From Octopus vulgaris (Eukaryota), in contig OX597834.1 of assembly GCA_951406725.2 (NCBI GenBank), forward strand, positions 15,252,001 through 15,316,000: a stretch of 64,000 bases of DNA. Reading direction: 5' to 3'. The notes beneath the pieces are model-generated. The model was not told where the DNA came from, searched no databases, and saw only the letters and a list, made by a program, of their open reading frames with translations. Both the position numbers and the translations under genes were made by a program. Each line of letters begins with the position of its first letter. The first letter of the stretch is position 1. Positions 36,897 to 51,104 of the stretch are shown in pieces.

Positions 36897-39652
36897 TGCC
36901 TGTCTATCTGTCTGTCTGTCACTCTGTATGTCTGTATTTCTGTATGAATTTATGTATGTATGTATGTATGTATGTCTTTAAGTCTGTATGTATGTCTGTA
37001 TGTATGTCTGTCTGTATGTATACCTCTATCTATGTTTGTCTGTCTGTCTGTCTGTGTGTCTGTCTGTCTGTAAGTCTGTCTGTAAGTCTGTCTGTATGCC
37101 TGTCTGTATGCCTGTCTGCATGTCTGTCCGTCTGTATGCCTGTCTGTATGCCTGTCTGTATGAATGCCTGTCTGTATGCCACTCTGTATGTCTGTCTGTA
37201 TGCCTGTCTGTATATCTGTCTGTATGTGTGTCTGTATGTCTGTCTGTATGCCTGTCTGTATGCCTGTATGTCTGTATGCCTGTCTGTATGACTGTCTGTA
37301 TGCCTGCCTGTCTGTATACCTGTATGTATGCCTGCCTGTCTGTATACCTGTCTGTATGCCTGTCTGTATGCCTGTCTATTTGTATGCCTGCCTGTATGCC
37401 TGTCTGTCTGTATGCCTGTCTGTATGTCTGCCTGTTTGTCTGTCTGTCTGCCTGTCTGTATGTCTGTCTGTATGCCTGTCTGTATGTCTGTCTGTCTGCC
37501 TGTCTGTCTGCCTGTCTGTCTGCCTGTCTGTCTGTATGCCTGTTTGTATGCCTGTCTGAATGCCTGTCTGTATGTCTGTCTGTATGCCTGTCTGTATGCC
37601 TGTCTGTATGTCTGTCTGTATGCCTGTCTGTATGTCTGTCTGTCTGTATGCCTGTCTGTATGCCTGTCTGTATGTCTGCCTGTTTGTCTGTATGTCTGTC
37701 TGTATGCATGTCTGTATGTCTGTCTGTATGCCTGTCTGTATGTCTGTCTGCCTGTATGTCTGTCTGTCTGTATGCCTGTCTGTATGCCTGTCTGTCTGTC
37801 TGTCTGTATGCCTGTCTGTATGCCTGTCTGTCTGTATGCCTGTCTGTATGCCTGTCTGTATGCCTGTCTGTATGCCTGTCTGTATGTCTGTCTGTCTGTA
37901 TGTATGTATGTATGTCTGTCTGTCTGTCTGCCTGTCTGTATGTCTGTCTCTATGCCTGTCTGTATGTCTGTCTCTATGCCTGTCTGTATGTCTGTCTGTA
38001 TGCCTGTTTGTATGTCTGTCTGTATGTCTGTCTGTATGTCCGTCTGTATGTCTGTCTGTCTGTCTGTATGCCTGTCTGTATGTCTGTCTGTATGCCTGTC
38101 CGCATGCCTGTCTGTATGCCTGTCTGTCTGTATGCCTGTATGTATGCCTGTCTGTATGCCTGTCTGTATGCCTGTCTGTATGCCTGTCCGTATGCCTGTC
38201 CGTATGCCTGTCTGTATGTCTGTCTGTCTGTATGCCTGTCTGTATGCCTCTCTGCCTGTATGCCTGTCTGTCTGTATGTCTCTCTGTATGCCTGTCTGTA
38301 TGTCTGTATGTCTGCCTGTCTGTCTACCTGTCTGTCTGCCTGTCTGTCTGTATGCCTGTCTGTATGCCTGTCTGTATGTCTGTCTGTATGCCTGTCTGTA
38401 TGCCTGTATGTATGTCTGTCTGTATGCCTGTCTGTATGTCTGCCTGTTTGTCTGTATGTCTGTCTGTATGCATGTCTGTATGTCTGTCTGTATGCCTGTC
38501 TGTATGTCTGTCTGTCTGTCTGTCTGTCTGTATGTCTGTCTGTATGCCTGTCTGTATGCCTGTCTGTCTGTATGCCTGTCTGTATGCCTGTCTGTATGCC
38601 TGTCTGTATGTCTGTCTGTATGTCTGTCTGTATGCCTGTCTGTATGCCTGTCTGTATGCCTGTCTGTATGCCTGTTTGTATGTCTGTCTGTATGACTGTC
38701 TGTATGTCTGTCTGTATGTCTGTCTGTCTGTCTGTATGCCTGTCTGTATGTCTGTCTGTATGCCTGTCCGTATGCCTGTCTGTCTGTATGCCTGTCTGTA
38801 TGCCTGTCTGTATGCCTGTCTGTATGCCTGTCTGTATGCCTGTCCGTATGCCTGTCCGTATGCCTGTCTGTATGTCTGTCTGTCTGTATGCCTGTCTGTA
38901 TGCCTGTCTGTATGTCTGTCTGTATGCCTGTCTGTATGCCTGTCTGCCTGTATGCCTGTCTGTCTGTATGCCTGTCTGTATGTCTCTCTGTATGCCTGTC
39001 TGTATGCCTGTCTGTCTGTATATCTGCCTGTCTGTATGTCTGTATGTATGCCTGTCTGTATGTCTGTATGCCTGTCTGTATGCTCTCTGTCTGTCTGTCT
39101 GTCTGTATGTCTGTCTGTATGTCTGTATGTGTGTCTGTATGTCTGTCTGTATGCCTGTCTGTATGCCTGTATGTCTCTATGCCTGTCTGTATGACTGTCT
39201 GTATGCCTGCCTGTCTGTATACCTGTCTGTATGCCTGCCTGTCTGTATACCTGTCTGTATGCCTGTCTGTATGCCTGTCTGTCTGTATGCCTGCCTGTAT
39301 GCCTGTCTGTATGCCTGTCTGTATGCCTGTCTGTATGCCTGTCCGTATGTCTGCCTATTTGTCTGTCTGTATGTCTGTCTGTATGTCTGTCTGTATGTCT
39401 GTCTGTATGCCTGTCTGTATGTCTGCCTGTTTGTCTGTCTGTATGTCTGTCTGTCTATGTCTGTATGTCTGTTTGCCTTCTGTATGTATGTCTGTCTGTT
39501 TGTATGTCTGTATGTCTGCCTGTCTGTCTGTCTCTATGTCTGTTTCTATGTCTGTCTGTATGTCTGTCTGTATGTATGTCTGTATGTATGTCTGTCTGTC
39601 TGTCTGTCTATGAGTATGTATGTCTGTCTGTCTGTATGTTTGTCTGTCTGTG
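36897..39652 (+). repeat. TGTC/TGTA/TGCC compound satellite, array 1
   Basis: Dominant 12-mers tgcctgtctgta and tgtctgtctgta. Confidence 0.97.
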
Positions 39653-40056
39653 TAGCAGGCCTTGTTCGGTACGCGGTATTCATAAGTCATAACAATGAAG
39701 AAACATCGATGTCTGCGGCTCCTCGAAAGGGATCTAGTGAGAGTTATCTCGCTTGTCTAGGAATTACATTCTGGTGATTTTACTACCAGGCGCATTGAGA
39801 ATATATTCCCTTGCGCCTAAAATACGGCCGACCCACAACAACCAAAACACACTAACATACACAAATTCAGGTGTCTTCTACTATAGCCTTATAACTGCAT
39901 TTGTTAGACGGAAACTGAAAGAAGCCTGTCGTTTATATAAACATATCTGTCTGTATGTCTGTCTTTCTGTCTGTCTGTCTCTGTCTGTCTGTCTATCTGT
40001 CTGGATGTATGTATGTATGTATGTATGTATGTATGTATGTATGTGTGTGTGTATGT

Positions 40057-40575
40057 AACCAAACGTGCATTCTTCCACCACAACCGTTTTTCCTATACAA
40101 CACATAGTAGCAATTTCTCTGTAGAATGAATAATCATGCTTTGAATGATCATAGTTGAAAGCTGATCTGTTTCAAGGCCCCTTAAAAGGTGCAACCCTTT
40201 ATCAAACGTATTCAGCCTTTCTTGTTCAAGATCCTTACGTCTTTCCTCTGAGGATTGATGTAGTCTTGCAGCATCTGTTTCCTCCTGGTTTTCCTTTGGC
40301 TCATCTCTCGCTCACCTATTGTCTCATTGACAACTCTGGCATCTTGTCTTTGTCTTGCATCCTTTAAACGTCTTTCTCTTTCCTTTTTTTGACTCTTGGC
40401 TCCTGCAGATTGCATTTTCTTGACGTAATTGTTCCAACCATTTTCCCCTGTTACTGGGACTCACTTGTGCAACCGAAAAAGAGGCAAATGTGCTGAACAA
40501 GATTCTGTCATTGGATTCTACGATAAAAGGATGTCTTATCATTAGTGAGATGGTTACCGTCGCTCAAGATGGAGA
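40057..40575 (-). mobile_element. Helitron Rep fragment, copy 2
   Basis: Near-identical to 36345-36860. Confidence 0.85.
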
Positions 40576-40608
40576 AGACGTGTGTGTGTGTGTATAGCAG
40601 GCTTCTTC

Positions 40609-43188
40609 TGCCTGTCTATCTGTCTGTCTGTCACTCTGTATGTCTGTATTTCTGTATGAATTTATGTCTGTATGTATGTCTGTCTGTATGTATACCTCTA
40701 TCTATGTTTGTCTGTCTATCTGTCTGTGTGTCTGTCTGTATGTATGTATGTCTGTATGTCTGTCTGTAAGTCTGTCTGTCTGTCTGTCCGTCTGTATGCC
40801 TGTCTGCATGTCTGTCCGTCTGTATGCCTGTCTGTATGCCTGTCTTTATGCCTCTCTGTATGTCTGTCTGTATGCCTGTCTGTATGCCTGTCTGTAAGTG
40901 TGTCTGTATGTCTGTCTGTATGACTGTCTGTATGCCTGTATGTCTGTATGCCTGTCTGTATGCCTGTCTGTATGCCTGTCTGTCTGTATACCTGCCTGCA
41001 TGCCTGCCTGTCTGTATACCTGTCTCTATGCCTGTCTGTATGCCTGCCTGTCTGTATGTCTGCCTGTTTGTCTGTCTGTCTGCCTGTCTGTATGTCTGTC
41101 TGTATGTCTGTCTGTATGCCTGTCTGTATGTCTGTCATTCTGCTTGTCTTTCTGCCTGTCTGTCTGCCTGTCTGTCTGCCTGTCTGTCTGTATGCCTGTC
41201 TGTATGCCTGTCTGTATGCCTATCTGTATGTCTGTCTGTATGTGTGTCTGTATGTCTGTCTGTATGCCTGTCTGTATGCCTGTATGTCTGTATGCCTGCC
41301 TGTATGCCTGTCTGTATGCCTGCCTGTATGTATACCTGTCTGCATGCCTGCCTGTCTGTATACCTGTCTGTATACCTGTCTGTATGCCTGTCTGTATGCC
41401 TGCCTGTCTGTATGTCTGCCTGTTTGTCTGTCTGTCTGTCTGTATGTCTGTCTGTCTGCCTGTCTGTCTGCCTGTCTGTATGCCTGTCTGTCTGCCTGTC
41501 TGTCTGCCTGTCTGTCTGCCTGTCTGTCTGCCTGTCTGTCTGTATGCCTGTCTGTATGCCTGTCTGTATGTCTGTCTGTATATCTGTCTGTATATCTGTC
41601 TGTATGCCTGTCTGTATGTCTGTCTGTATGCCTGTCTGTATGCCTGTCTGTCTGTATGCCTCTCTGTATGCCTGTCTGTATGTCTGTCTGTAAGCATGTC
41701 TGTATTCTGTCTGTATGCCTGTCTGTCTGCCTGTCTGCCTGTATGCCTGTCTGTCTGCCTGTCTGCCTGTATGCCTGTCTGTATGTATGCCTGTATGTCT
41801 ATCTGCCTGTATGTCTGTCTGTATGCCTGTCTGTATGCCTGTCTGTATGCCTGTATGTATGTATGTCTGTCTGTATGCCTGTCTGTATGCCTGTCTGTAT
41901 GTATGCCTGTCTGTATGCCTCTCTGTATGTCTGTCTGTATGCCTGTCTGTATGCATGTATGCCTGTCTGTCTGTCTGTATGCCTGTCTGTATGCCTGTAT
42001 GTATGTATGCCTGTCTGTCTGTATGCCTGTCTGTATGCCTCTCTGTATGTCTGTCTGTATGCCTGTCTGTATGCCTGTATGCCTGTCTGTATGTATGCCT
42101 GTATGTCTGTCTGCCTGTATGTCTGTCTGTATGCCTGTCTGTATGCCTGTCTGTCTGCCTGTCTGTCTGCCTGTCTGCCTGTATGCCTGTCTGTCTGCCT
42201 TTCTGCCTGTATGCCTGTCTGTATGTATGCCTGTATGTCTGTCTGCCTGTATGTCTGTCTGTATGCCTGTCTGTATGCCTGTCTGTATGCCTGTATGTAT
42301 GTATGTCTGTCTGTATGCCTGTCTGTATGTCTGTCTGTATGCCTGTCTGTATGCCTGTCTGTATGTCTGCATGTTTGTCTGTCTGTATGCCTGTCTGTAT
42401 GTCTGTCTGTATGTCTGTCTGTATGTCTGTCTGTATGACTGTCTGCATGTCTGTCTGTATGCCTGTCCGTATGCCTGCCTGTATGCCTGTCTGTCTGTAT
42501 GCCTGTCTGTATGCCTGTCTGTATGCCTGTCTGTATGCCTGTCTGTATGCCTGTCCGTATGCATGTCTGTATGCCTGTCTGTCTGTCTGTATGCCTGTCT
42601 GTCTGTATGCCTGTCTGTATGTCTCTCTGTATGCCTGTCTGTATGCCTGTCTGTATGCCTGTCCGTATGCCTGTCTGTCTGCCTGTCTGTATGTCTGTCT
42701 GTCTGTATGCCTGTCTGTATGCCTGTCTGTATGTCTGTCTGTATGCCTCTCTGTATGCCTGTCTGTCTGTATGCCTGTCTGTATGTCTCTCTGTATGCCT
42801 GTCTGTATGTCTGTCTGTATGTCTCTCTGTATGCCTGTCTGTATGTCTGTATGTATGCCTGTCTGTATGTCTGTATGCCTGTCTGTATGTCTGTCTGTAT
42901 GCCTGTCTGTATGTCTGCCTGTTTGTCTGCCTGTTTGCCTGTCTGTATGTCTGCCTGTTTGTCTGTCTGTATGTCTGTCTGTCTATGTCTGTATGTCTGT
43001 TTGCCTTCTGTATGTATGTCTGTCTGTTTGTATGTCTGTATGTCTGCCTGTCTGTCTGTATGTCTGTCTCTATGTATGTCTGTATGTCTGTCTGTATGTC
43101 TGTATGTATGTATGTCTGTATGTATGTCTGTCTGTCTGTCTGTCTATCAGTATGTATGTCTGTCTGTCTGTATGTTAGTCTGTCTGTG
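40609..43188 (+). repeat. TGTC/TGTA/TGCC compound satellite, array 2
   Basis: As array 1. Confidence 0.97.
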
Positions 43189-43588
43189 TAGCAGTCCTTG
43201 TTCGGTACGCAGTATTCATAAGTCATAACAATGAAGAAACATCGATGTCTGCGGCTCCTCGAAAGGGATCGAGTGAGAGTTATCTCGCTTGTCTCGGAAT
43301 TACTTTCTGGTGATTTTACTACCAGGCGCATTGAGAATATATTCCCTTGCGCCTAAAATACTGCCGACCCACAACAACCAAAACACACTAACATACACAA
43401 ATTCAGGTGTCTTCTACTATAGCCTTATAACTGCACTTGTTAGACGGAAACTGAAAGAAGCCTGTCGTTTATATAAACATATCTGTCTGTATGTCTGTCT
43501 TCCTGTCTGTCTCTGTCGGTCTGTCTATATGTCTGGATGTATGTATGTATGTATGTATGTATGTATGTATGTATGTATGTGTGTACGT

Positions 43589-44100
43589 AACCAAACGTGC
43601 ATTCTTCCACCACAACCGTTTTTCCTATACAACACATAGTAGCAATTTCTCTGTAGAATGAATAATCATGCTTTGAATGATCATAGTTGAAAGCTGATCT
43701 GTTTCAAGGCCCCTTAAAAGGTGCAACCCTTTATCAAACGTATTCAGCCTTTCTTGTTCAAGATCCTTACGTCTTTCCTCTGAGGATTGATGTAGTCTTG
43801 CAGCATCTGTTTCCTCCTGGTTTTCCTTTGGCTCATCTCTCGCTCACCTATTGTCTCATTGACAACTCTGGCATCTTGTCTTTGTCTTGCATCCTTTAAA
43901 CGTCTTTCTCTTTCCTTTTTTTGACTCTTGGCTCCTGCAGATTGCATTTTCTTGACGTAATTGTTCCAACCATTTTCCCCTGTTACTGGGACTCACTTGT
44001 GCAACCGAAAAAGTGGCAACTGTGCTGAACAAGATTCTATCATTGGATTCTACGATAAAAAGATGTCTTATCATTAGTGAGATGGCTACCGTCGCTCAAG
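43589..44100 (-). mobile_element. Helitron Rep fragment, copy 3
   Basis: Near-identical to 36345-36860. Confidence 0.85.
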
Positions 44101-44106
44101 ACGCGC

Positions 44107-44138
<32 letters not shown>

Positions 44139-44147
44139 CAGGCTTGT

Positions 44148-44149
<2 letters not shown>

Positions 44150-44178
<29 letters not shown>

Positions 44179-44289
44179 GTATGTCTGTATTTCTGTATGA
44201 ATTTATGTATGTATGTATGTATGTCTTTAAGTCTGTATGTATGTATGTCTGTATGTATGTCTGTCTGTATGTATACCTCTATCTGTTTA

Positions 44290-44334
<45 letters not shown>

Positions 44335-45893
44335 ATGTATGTCTGTCTGTATGTCTATATGTCTGTCTGTATGTATGTATGTCTGTATGTCTGTCTGTAA
44401 TCTGTCTGTCTGTCTGTCTGTCTGTATGCCTGTCTGTATGCCTGTCTGTCTGTATGCCTGTCTGTATGCCTCTCTGTATGTCTGTCTGCATGCCTCTCTG
44501 TATGTCTGTCTGTATGTGTGTCTGCATGCCTGTATGTATGTCTGTCTGTATGCCTGTCTGTATGCCTGTCTGTCTGTATGCCTGTCTGTCTGTATGCCTG
44601 TCTGTATGCCTGTCTGTCTGTATGCCTGTCTGTATGCCTGTCTGTATGTCTGTCTGTATGTCTGCCTGTTTGTCTGTCTGTCTGCCTGTCTGTATGTCTG
44701 TCTGTATGTCTGTCTGTATGTCTGTCTGTATGCCTGTCTGTCTGTCTGCCTGCCTCTCATTATGCCTGTCTGTATGTCTGTCTGTATGTCTGTCTGTATG
44801 CCTGTCTGTCTGTATGCCTGTCTGTATGTCTGCCTGTTTGTCTGTCTGTATGTCTGTCTCTATGCCAGTCTGTATGTCTGTGTGTATGCCTGTCTGTATG
44901 CCTGTCTGTATGTCTGCATGTTTGTCTGTCTGTTTTCTGTCTGTATGTCTGTCTGTATGCCTGTCTCTCTGTATGCCTGTCTGTATGCCTGTCTCTCTGT
45001 ATGCCTGTCTGTCTGTATGCCTGTTTCTCTGTATGCCTGTCTGTCTGTATGTCTGTCTGTCTGTATGCCTGTCTGTATGCCTGTCTGTATGTCTGTCTGT
45101 CTGTATGCCTGTCTGTATGCATGTCTGTATGCCTGTCAGTATGTCTGTCTGTATGCCTGTTTGTATGCCTGTTTGTCTGTATGCCTGTCTGTATGCCTGT
45201 CTGTATGTTTGTCTGTATGTCTGTCTGTATGCCTGTCTGTATGCCTGTCTGTATGCCTGTCTGTCTGTATGCCTGTCTCTCTGTATGCCTGTCTGTCTGT
45301 ATGCCTGTCTGTATGTCTGTCTGTATGCCTGTTTGTCTGTATGCCTGTTTGTCTGTATGCCTGTCTGTATGCCTGTCTGTATGTCTGTCTGTATGTCTGT
45401 CTGTATGCCTGTCTGTATGCCTGTCTCTCTGTATGCCTGTCTGTCTGTATGCCTGTCTGTCTGTATGTCTGTCTGTATGTCTGTCTGTCTGTATGTCTGT
45501 CTGTATGCCTGTCTGTATGTCTGTCTGTATGTCTGTCTGTATGCCTGTCTGTATGTCTGTCTGTATGTATGTCTGTATGCCTGTCTGTCTGTATGTCTGT
45601 CTGTATGTATGTTTGTATGTCTGTCTGTATGTCTGTCTGTCTGTAAGTCTGTATGTCTGTCTGTATGTCTGTCTGTATGTCTGTCTGTATGTCTGTCTGT
45701 ATGTCTGTCTGTATGTCTGTCTGTATGCCTGTCTGTATGTCTGTCTGTATGTCTGTCTGTATGCCTGTCTGTATGCCTGTCTGTCTGTATGTCTGTATGT
45801 ATGCCTGTATGCCTGTCTGTATGCCTGTCTGTATGTCTGCCTGTTTGTCTGCCTGTATGTCTGTCTGTATGCCTGTCTGTATGCCTGTCTGTA

Positions 45894-45936
<43 letters not shown>

Positions 45937-46475
45937 ATGTCTGTCTGTATGTCTGTCTGTATGTCTGTCTGTATGTCTGTCTGTATGCCTGTCTGTAAGT
46001 CTGTCTGTATGTCTGTATGTCTGTCTGTATGTCTGTCTGTATGTCTGTCTGTATGTCTGTCTGTATGCCTGTCTGTAAGTCTGTCTGTAAGTCTGTCTGT
46101 ATGTATGTCTGTATGTTTGCCTCTATGCCTGTCTGTATGTCTGTCTGTCTGTCTGTATGCCTGTCTGTAAGTCTGTCTGTATGTCTGTCTGTCTGTCTGT
46201 CTGTATGTCTGTATGTCTGTCTGTCTGTCTGTATGTCTGTCTGTCTGTCTGTATGTCTGTCTGTATGTCTGTTTGTATGCCTGTTTGTCTGTATGTCTGT
46301 CTGTATGTCTGTCTGTCTGTATGTCTGTCTGTATGTCTGTCTGTATGTCTGTGTATGTATGTCTGTATGTCTGTCTGTATGTATGTATGTCTGTATGCCT
46401 GTCTGTATGTCTGTATGTATGTCTGTATGTCTGTCTGTATGTCTGTCTGTATGTCTGTCTGTATGTCTGTCTGTA

Positions 46476-46506
<31 letters not shown>

Positions 46507-47613
46507 ATGTCTGTCTGTATGTCTGTCTGTATGTCTGTCTGTATGTCTGTCTGTATGTATGTCTGCCTGTATGTCTGCCTGTATGTCTGTATGTATGTCT
46601 GTCTGTATGTATGTATGTCTGTATGTCTGTCTGTATGTCTGTCTGTATGTCTGTCTGTCTGTCTGTCTGTATGTATGTATGTATGTATGTCTGTCTGTAT
46701 GCCTGTCTGTATGTCTGTCTGTATGTATGTATGTCTGTATGCCTGTCTGTATGTCTGTCTGTATGTATGTCTGTATGTCTGTCTGCATGCCTGTCTGTAT
46801 GTCTGTCTGTATGTATGTATGTCTGTAAGTCTGTATGTCTGTCTGTCTGTATGTCTGTCTGTATGTCTGTATGTATGTCTGTATGTCTGTCTGTATGTCT
46901 GTCTGTATGTATGTCTGCCTGTATGTCTGTATGTATGTCTGTATGTATGTCTGTATGCCTGTCTGTATGTATGTATGTCTGTATGTCTGTCTGTATGCCT
47001 GTCTGTATGTCTGTCTGTATGTCTGTCTGTCTGTATGTCAGTCTGTATGTCTGTATGTATGTCTGTATGCCTGTCTGTATGTCTGTATGCCTGTCTGTAT
47101 GTCTGTCTCTATGTATGTATGTCTGTATGTCTGTCTGTATGCCTGTCTGTATGTCTGTCTGTATGTCTGTATGTCTGTCTGTATGTCTGTATGTGTCTGT
47201 CTGTATGTCTGTATGTCTGTCTGTATGTCTGTCTGTATGTCTGTCTGTCTGTCTGTCTGCCTGTATGTCTGTATGTATGTCTGTATGTATGTCTGTATGC
47301 CTGTCTGTATGCCTGTCTGTATGTCTGTATGTCTGTATGTCTGTCTGTATGCCTGTCTGTATGCCTGTCTGTATGTCTGTCTGTCTGTATGTATGTATGT
47401 ATGTATGTATGTATGTATGTCTGTATGCCTGTCTGTATGTCTGTCTGTATGTATGTATGTCTGTATGCCTGTCTGTATGTCTGTCTGTATGTATGTATGT
47501 CTGTATGTCTGTCTGCATGCCTGTCTGTATGTCTGTCTGTATGTATGTATGTCTGTAAGTCTGTATGTATGTCTGTATGTTCGTATATCTGTCTGTCTGT
47601 ATGTCTGTCTGTG
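44150..47613 (+). repeat. TGTC/TGTA/TGCC compound satellite, array 3
   Basis: As array 1; TGCC word becomes rarer in the distal half. Confidence 0.97.
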
Positions 47614-47834
47614 TAGCAGGCCCTGTTCCTTCACGCGGTATTCATAAGTCATAACAATGAAGAAACATCGATGTCTGCGGCTCCTCGAAAGGGATCTAGT
47701 GAGAGTTATCTCGCTTGTCTATTTATTACTTTCTGGTGATTTTAGTACGAATCGCATTGAGAATATATTCCCTTACGCCCAAAATACTGCAGAACGACAA
47801 ACTACGAAAGCACACACACACACTCACAAATTCA

Positions 47835-48248
47835 GGTGTCTTCTACTATAGCCTTTTAACTGTATTTGTTGGACGGAAACTGAAAGAAGCCTGTCGTATA
47901 TATATATACATATCTGTCTGTCTGTCTCTCTGTCTGTCTGTCTGTCTGTATGTATGTATGTCTGTCTATCTGGCTGTCTGTCTCTCTGATTGTCTGTATG
48001 TCTGTATGCGTGTATGTATGTATGTATATATGTGTGTATGTATGTATGTATATCTTTGTCTGATTCCCCACCATCGCTTTACAACGGATGTTGGCATGAT
48101 TACGTCCCAGTAACCTAGCGGTTCGGCGAAAGACACCGTTAAGGTTACTACTACGCTTACAAAATATAATCCTGGAGTCGATATTTTCGACTAAAGGTGG
48201 TGCTCCCGCATGGCCGCAGTCAAATGACTGAATGAAATAAAAGAATAA
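47835..48248 (+). mobile_element. 5'-truncated CORE-type SINE with expanded internal microsatellite
   Basis: gtgtcttctactatagcc..gacggaaactgaaagaagcc ... cgactaaaggtggtgctcccgcatggccgcagtcaaatgactgaa. Confidence 0.8.
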
Positions 48249-48420
48249 AATATATATATATATATATATATGTATGTATATATATATATATGCATATGTG
48301 TGTGTGTGTATGTATGTATGTATGTATGTATGCATGTGTGTGTCTTACATATATACATGTATGCATATATTGTGATATGTACGTGAATGCGAATATGTAT
48401 ATATATAATGTATATATATG

Positions 48421-48469
<49 letters not shown>

Positions 48470-48517
48470 ATACATATATACCCACATATAATCAATTATA
48501 ACTTTGTTTTTAGATAT

Positions 48518-48556
<39 letters not shown>

Positions 48557-48692
48557 GTGTAAATATTTGTATATATATCCATATTTCATATACATGCATA
48601 TATGCTCGCATATACATGTATATATACTCGCATTTAAGTACATATCTCAATATACACATAGATATATGTAACATACATGCATGCATACATAC

Positions 48693-48729
<37 letters not shown>

Positions 48730-48779
48730 AAATAAAAAAGAAAAGAGAGTTGGGGAATATATATAGCTGTTTGTCTATC

Positions 48780-48816
<37 letters not shown>

Positions 48817-49782
48817 TAAGCATCTATCTATGTACGTTTGCGTCTGACTGGATGTCATCATATATAAATGCGCGCACACACACACACACATCTCTCTCTC
48901 TCTTTCTCTCTCAGTATATCTCTCACTCTTTGTCTCTCTCTCTCTCTATCTATCTATCTCTCTACACACAATATATATATTTACCTACTCTCTGTGTACT
49001 TTATAGCTTATTTTGAAAATAGCAAAGATCAGACACAGACAAAAATAACAAAAACAAAAAACAAAGAGAAGATATTGAATCGTATACATATTTTTTTACC
49101 GTATTTTTCTGTCCATATAACTCATTAAGTGCTTATTATAAGTCCGCTGAGATTTATGGTACGAAAACTTGGATATTTTCGAAAACCAACAACAAGATGT
49201 AAACGCCTGCTTCATACAAAACCACTCTCTTCCATATTAACGTCATGGAATGTTAATATTCGCTTCGATGTGCAACCGTCTTGGGAATATGAACAGGTAG
49301 ATTTAGCATAGTCGATGGAATGAGTGAATATTGTGGACGAGTGTACAATGTATAAATAATTCCCATCTGATCTCGGCAACGAATTATGAGGAAAATGAAA
49401 AGTGAAATACGGTAAATTAAAACATTTGGTTTACTCTGCGCTTTAGTAACCTCGCCCGACCGGCCAGCCGGCCTCCATCGCTGCTTACTTTCCATCGATG
49501 TATTTAATATATTTAAAAGTTTGATGTAGACTAATAGGAAAATGAGTAGGTATATATGTATACGCTTGTACATCATAGCACAAATATATTTATACCTATG
49601 TTTGTGCATATGTACATACATATATATATATATATATGCATGTATATATATGTATATAAATGTATATACATATATATATATGTATATATATATATTTATA
49701 TATATATATATGCATGTATATATATATGTATATACATGTATATACATATATAGATATATATATATATGCATGTATATATATG

Positions 49783-49840
<58 letters not shown>

Positions 49841-49846
49841 GAAAAA

Positions 49847-49880
<34 letters not shown>

Positions 49881-50469
49881 GAAAGATGTATAAATATGTA
49901 ATTGAGCATGAATATGTGCGTGTGTGTGCGTACATGTGTGTGTATGTTCGTAAATATGTACACGTAAATATGTACACGTAATTATGTACACAAAGAGAGA
50001 GAGAGACAGACAGACAGAGAGTCGACAGACCGACAGACTGATGGACAGAAAACATAGTAACATTATATCTGGATATATGTGTATGTGTGTGTACCTATGT
50101 ATGAATTAATATATGTATGTATGAATTAATATATGTATGTATGAATTTATATATGTATGTATGTATGTATTATGTATGTATGTATTATGTATGTATGCAT
50201 TATGTATGTATTATGTATGTATATATGTATGTATACGGAATTTATCGCGTGTTAAACGCGAATAATTTGACAACGTAACAACCAATATTGAAATCACGCA
50301 ATCAAATCCCTTTTGCAAATACAATCGGCACACATACGCACATCCACACATACACGCACATATATAGAAACGATATATTTTACTACTAATAATAATAATT
50401 ATTATCATTATCATTGTTGTTGCTGTTGTTGTTACCGCTAGTATTAATTTCACTGCTACTATTATTGTT

Positions 50470-51100
50470 AAGGCGGTGAGTTGGCACAGTTCTTTGCAGG
50501 TTGGATCAAATAATTAGCAACATTCATTTCCGTCTGCTTTTACGCTCTGAGTTCAAATTCCACCGAGACCTGTCGTGGGGTCGATGAAACAAGTAACACT
50601 TGATGACTGGAGTCGATATAATTGATTTGTCCCTTTCCTCTGAAGTTGCTGGCCTTGTGGTAAAATTTTAAATCGTTATTATTGCTGCCAGGAAAGCGAG
50701 CTGACAGAAACGTTTTCAAGCCGGGCAAAAGGCATAGCGGTATTTCGTCTGCCGCTACGTTCTGAGTTCAAATTCCACCGAGGTCGACTTTGCCTTACAT
50801 CCTTTCGGGGTCGATAAATTAAGTACCAGTTACGCACTGGGGTCGATGTAATCGACTTAATACCTATGTCTGTCCTTGTTTGTCCCCTCTGTGTTTAGCC
50901 CCTTGTGGGTAATAAAGAAATAGGTATTTCGTCTGCCGCTACGTTCTGAGTTAAAATTCCACCGAGGTCGACTTTGGCCTTTCACCCATTCGGGGTCTAT
51001 AAATAAAGTACCAGTTGCGTACAGTACTGGAGTCTTTCTAATCAAATGCCCCCTTTCCCCCTTCCCAAATTCCAGGCCTTGTGCGTTTAGTAGAAAGTAT
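50470..51100 (+). mobile_element. Cluster of Meta-domain-like SINE units
   Basis: Three units with tctgagtt.aaattccaccgag; internal junction aaagaaataggtatttcgtctgcc. Confidence 0.85.
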
Positions 51101-51104
51101 TATA

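Larger units (their letters stand above)
36345..48045 (+). repeat. Tandem triplication: units 36345-40056, 40057-43588, 43589-~48045
   Basis: Each unit starts aaccaaacgtgcattcttcc and has Helitron fragment, satellite, ~215-bp unique block, SINE fragment and (TATG)n. Confidence 0.95.

Noticed and set aside
36988-47650. Very long ORFs (929, 776, 661, 1079 aa) as genes
   Set aside because: Translations of stop-free 4-mer satellite, open in several frames on both strands, with no non-repetitive coding content
49430-49540. GC-rich patch as HDV-like ribozyme or minus-strand micro-exon (ag...gtaag)
   Set aside because: Could not build the nested double pseudoknot; a 42-nt exon with generic splice motifs is unsupported without transcripts
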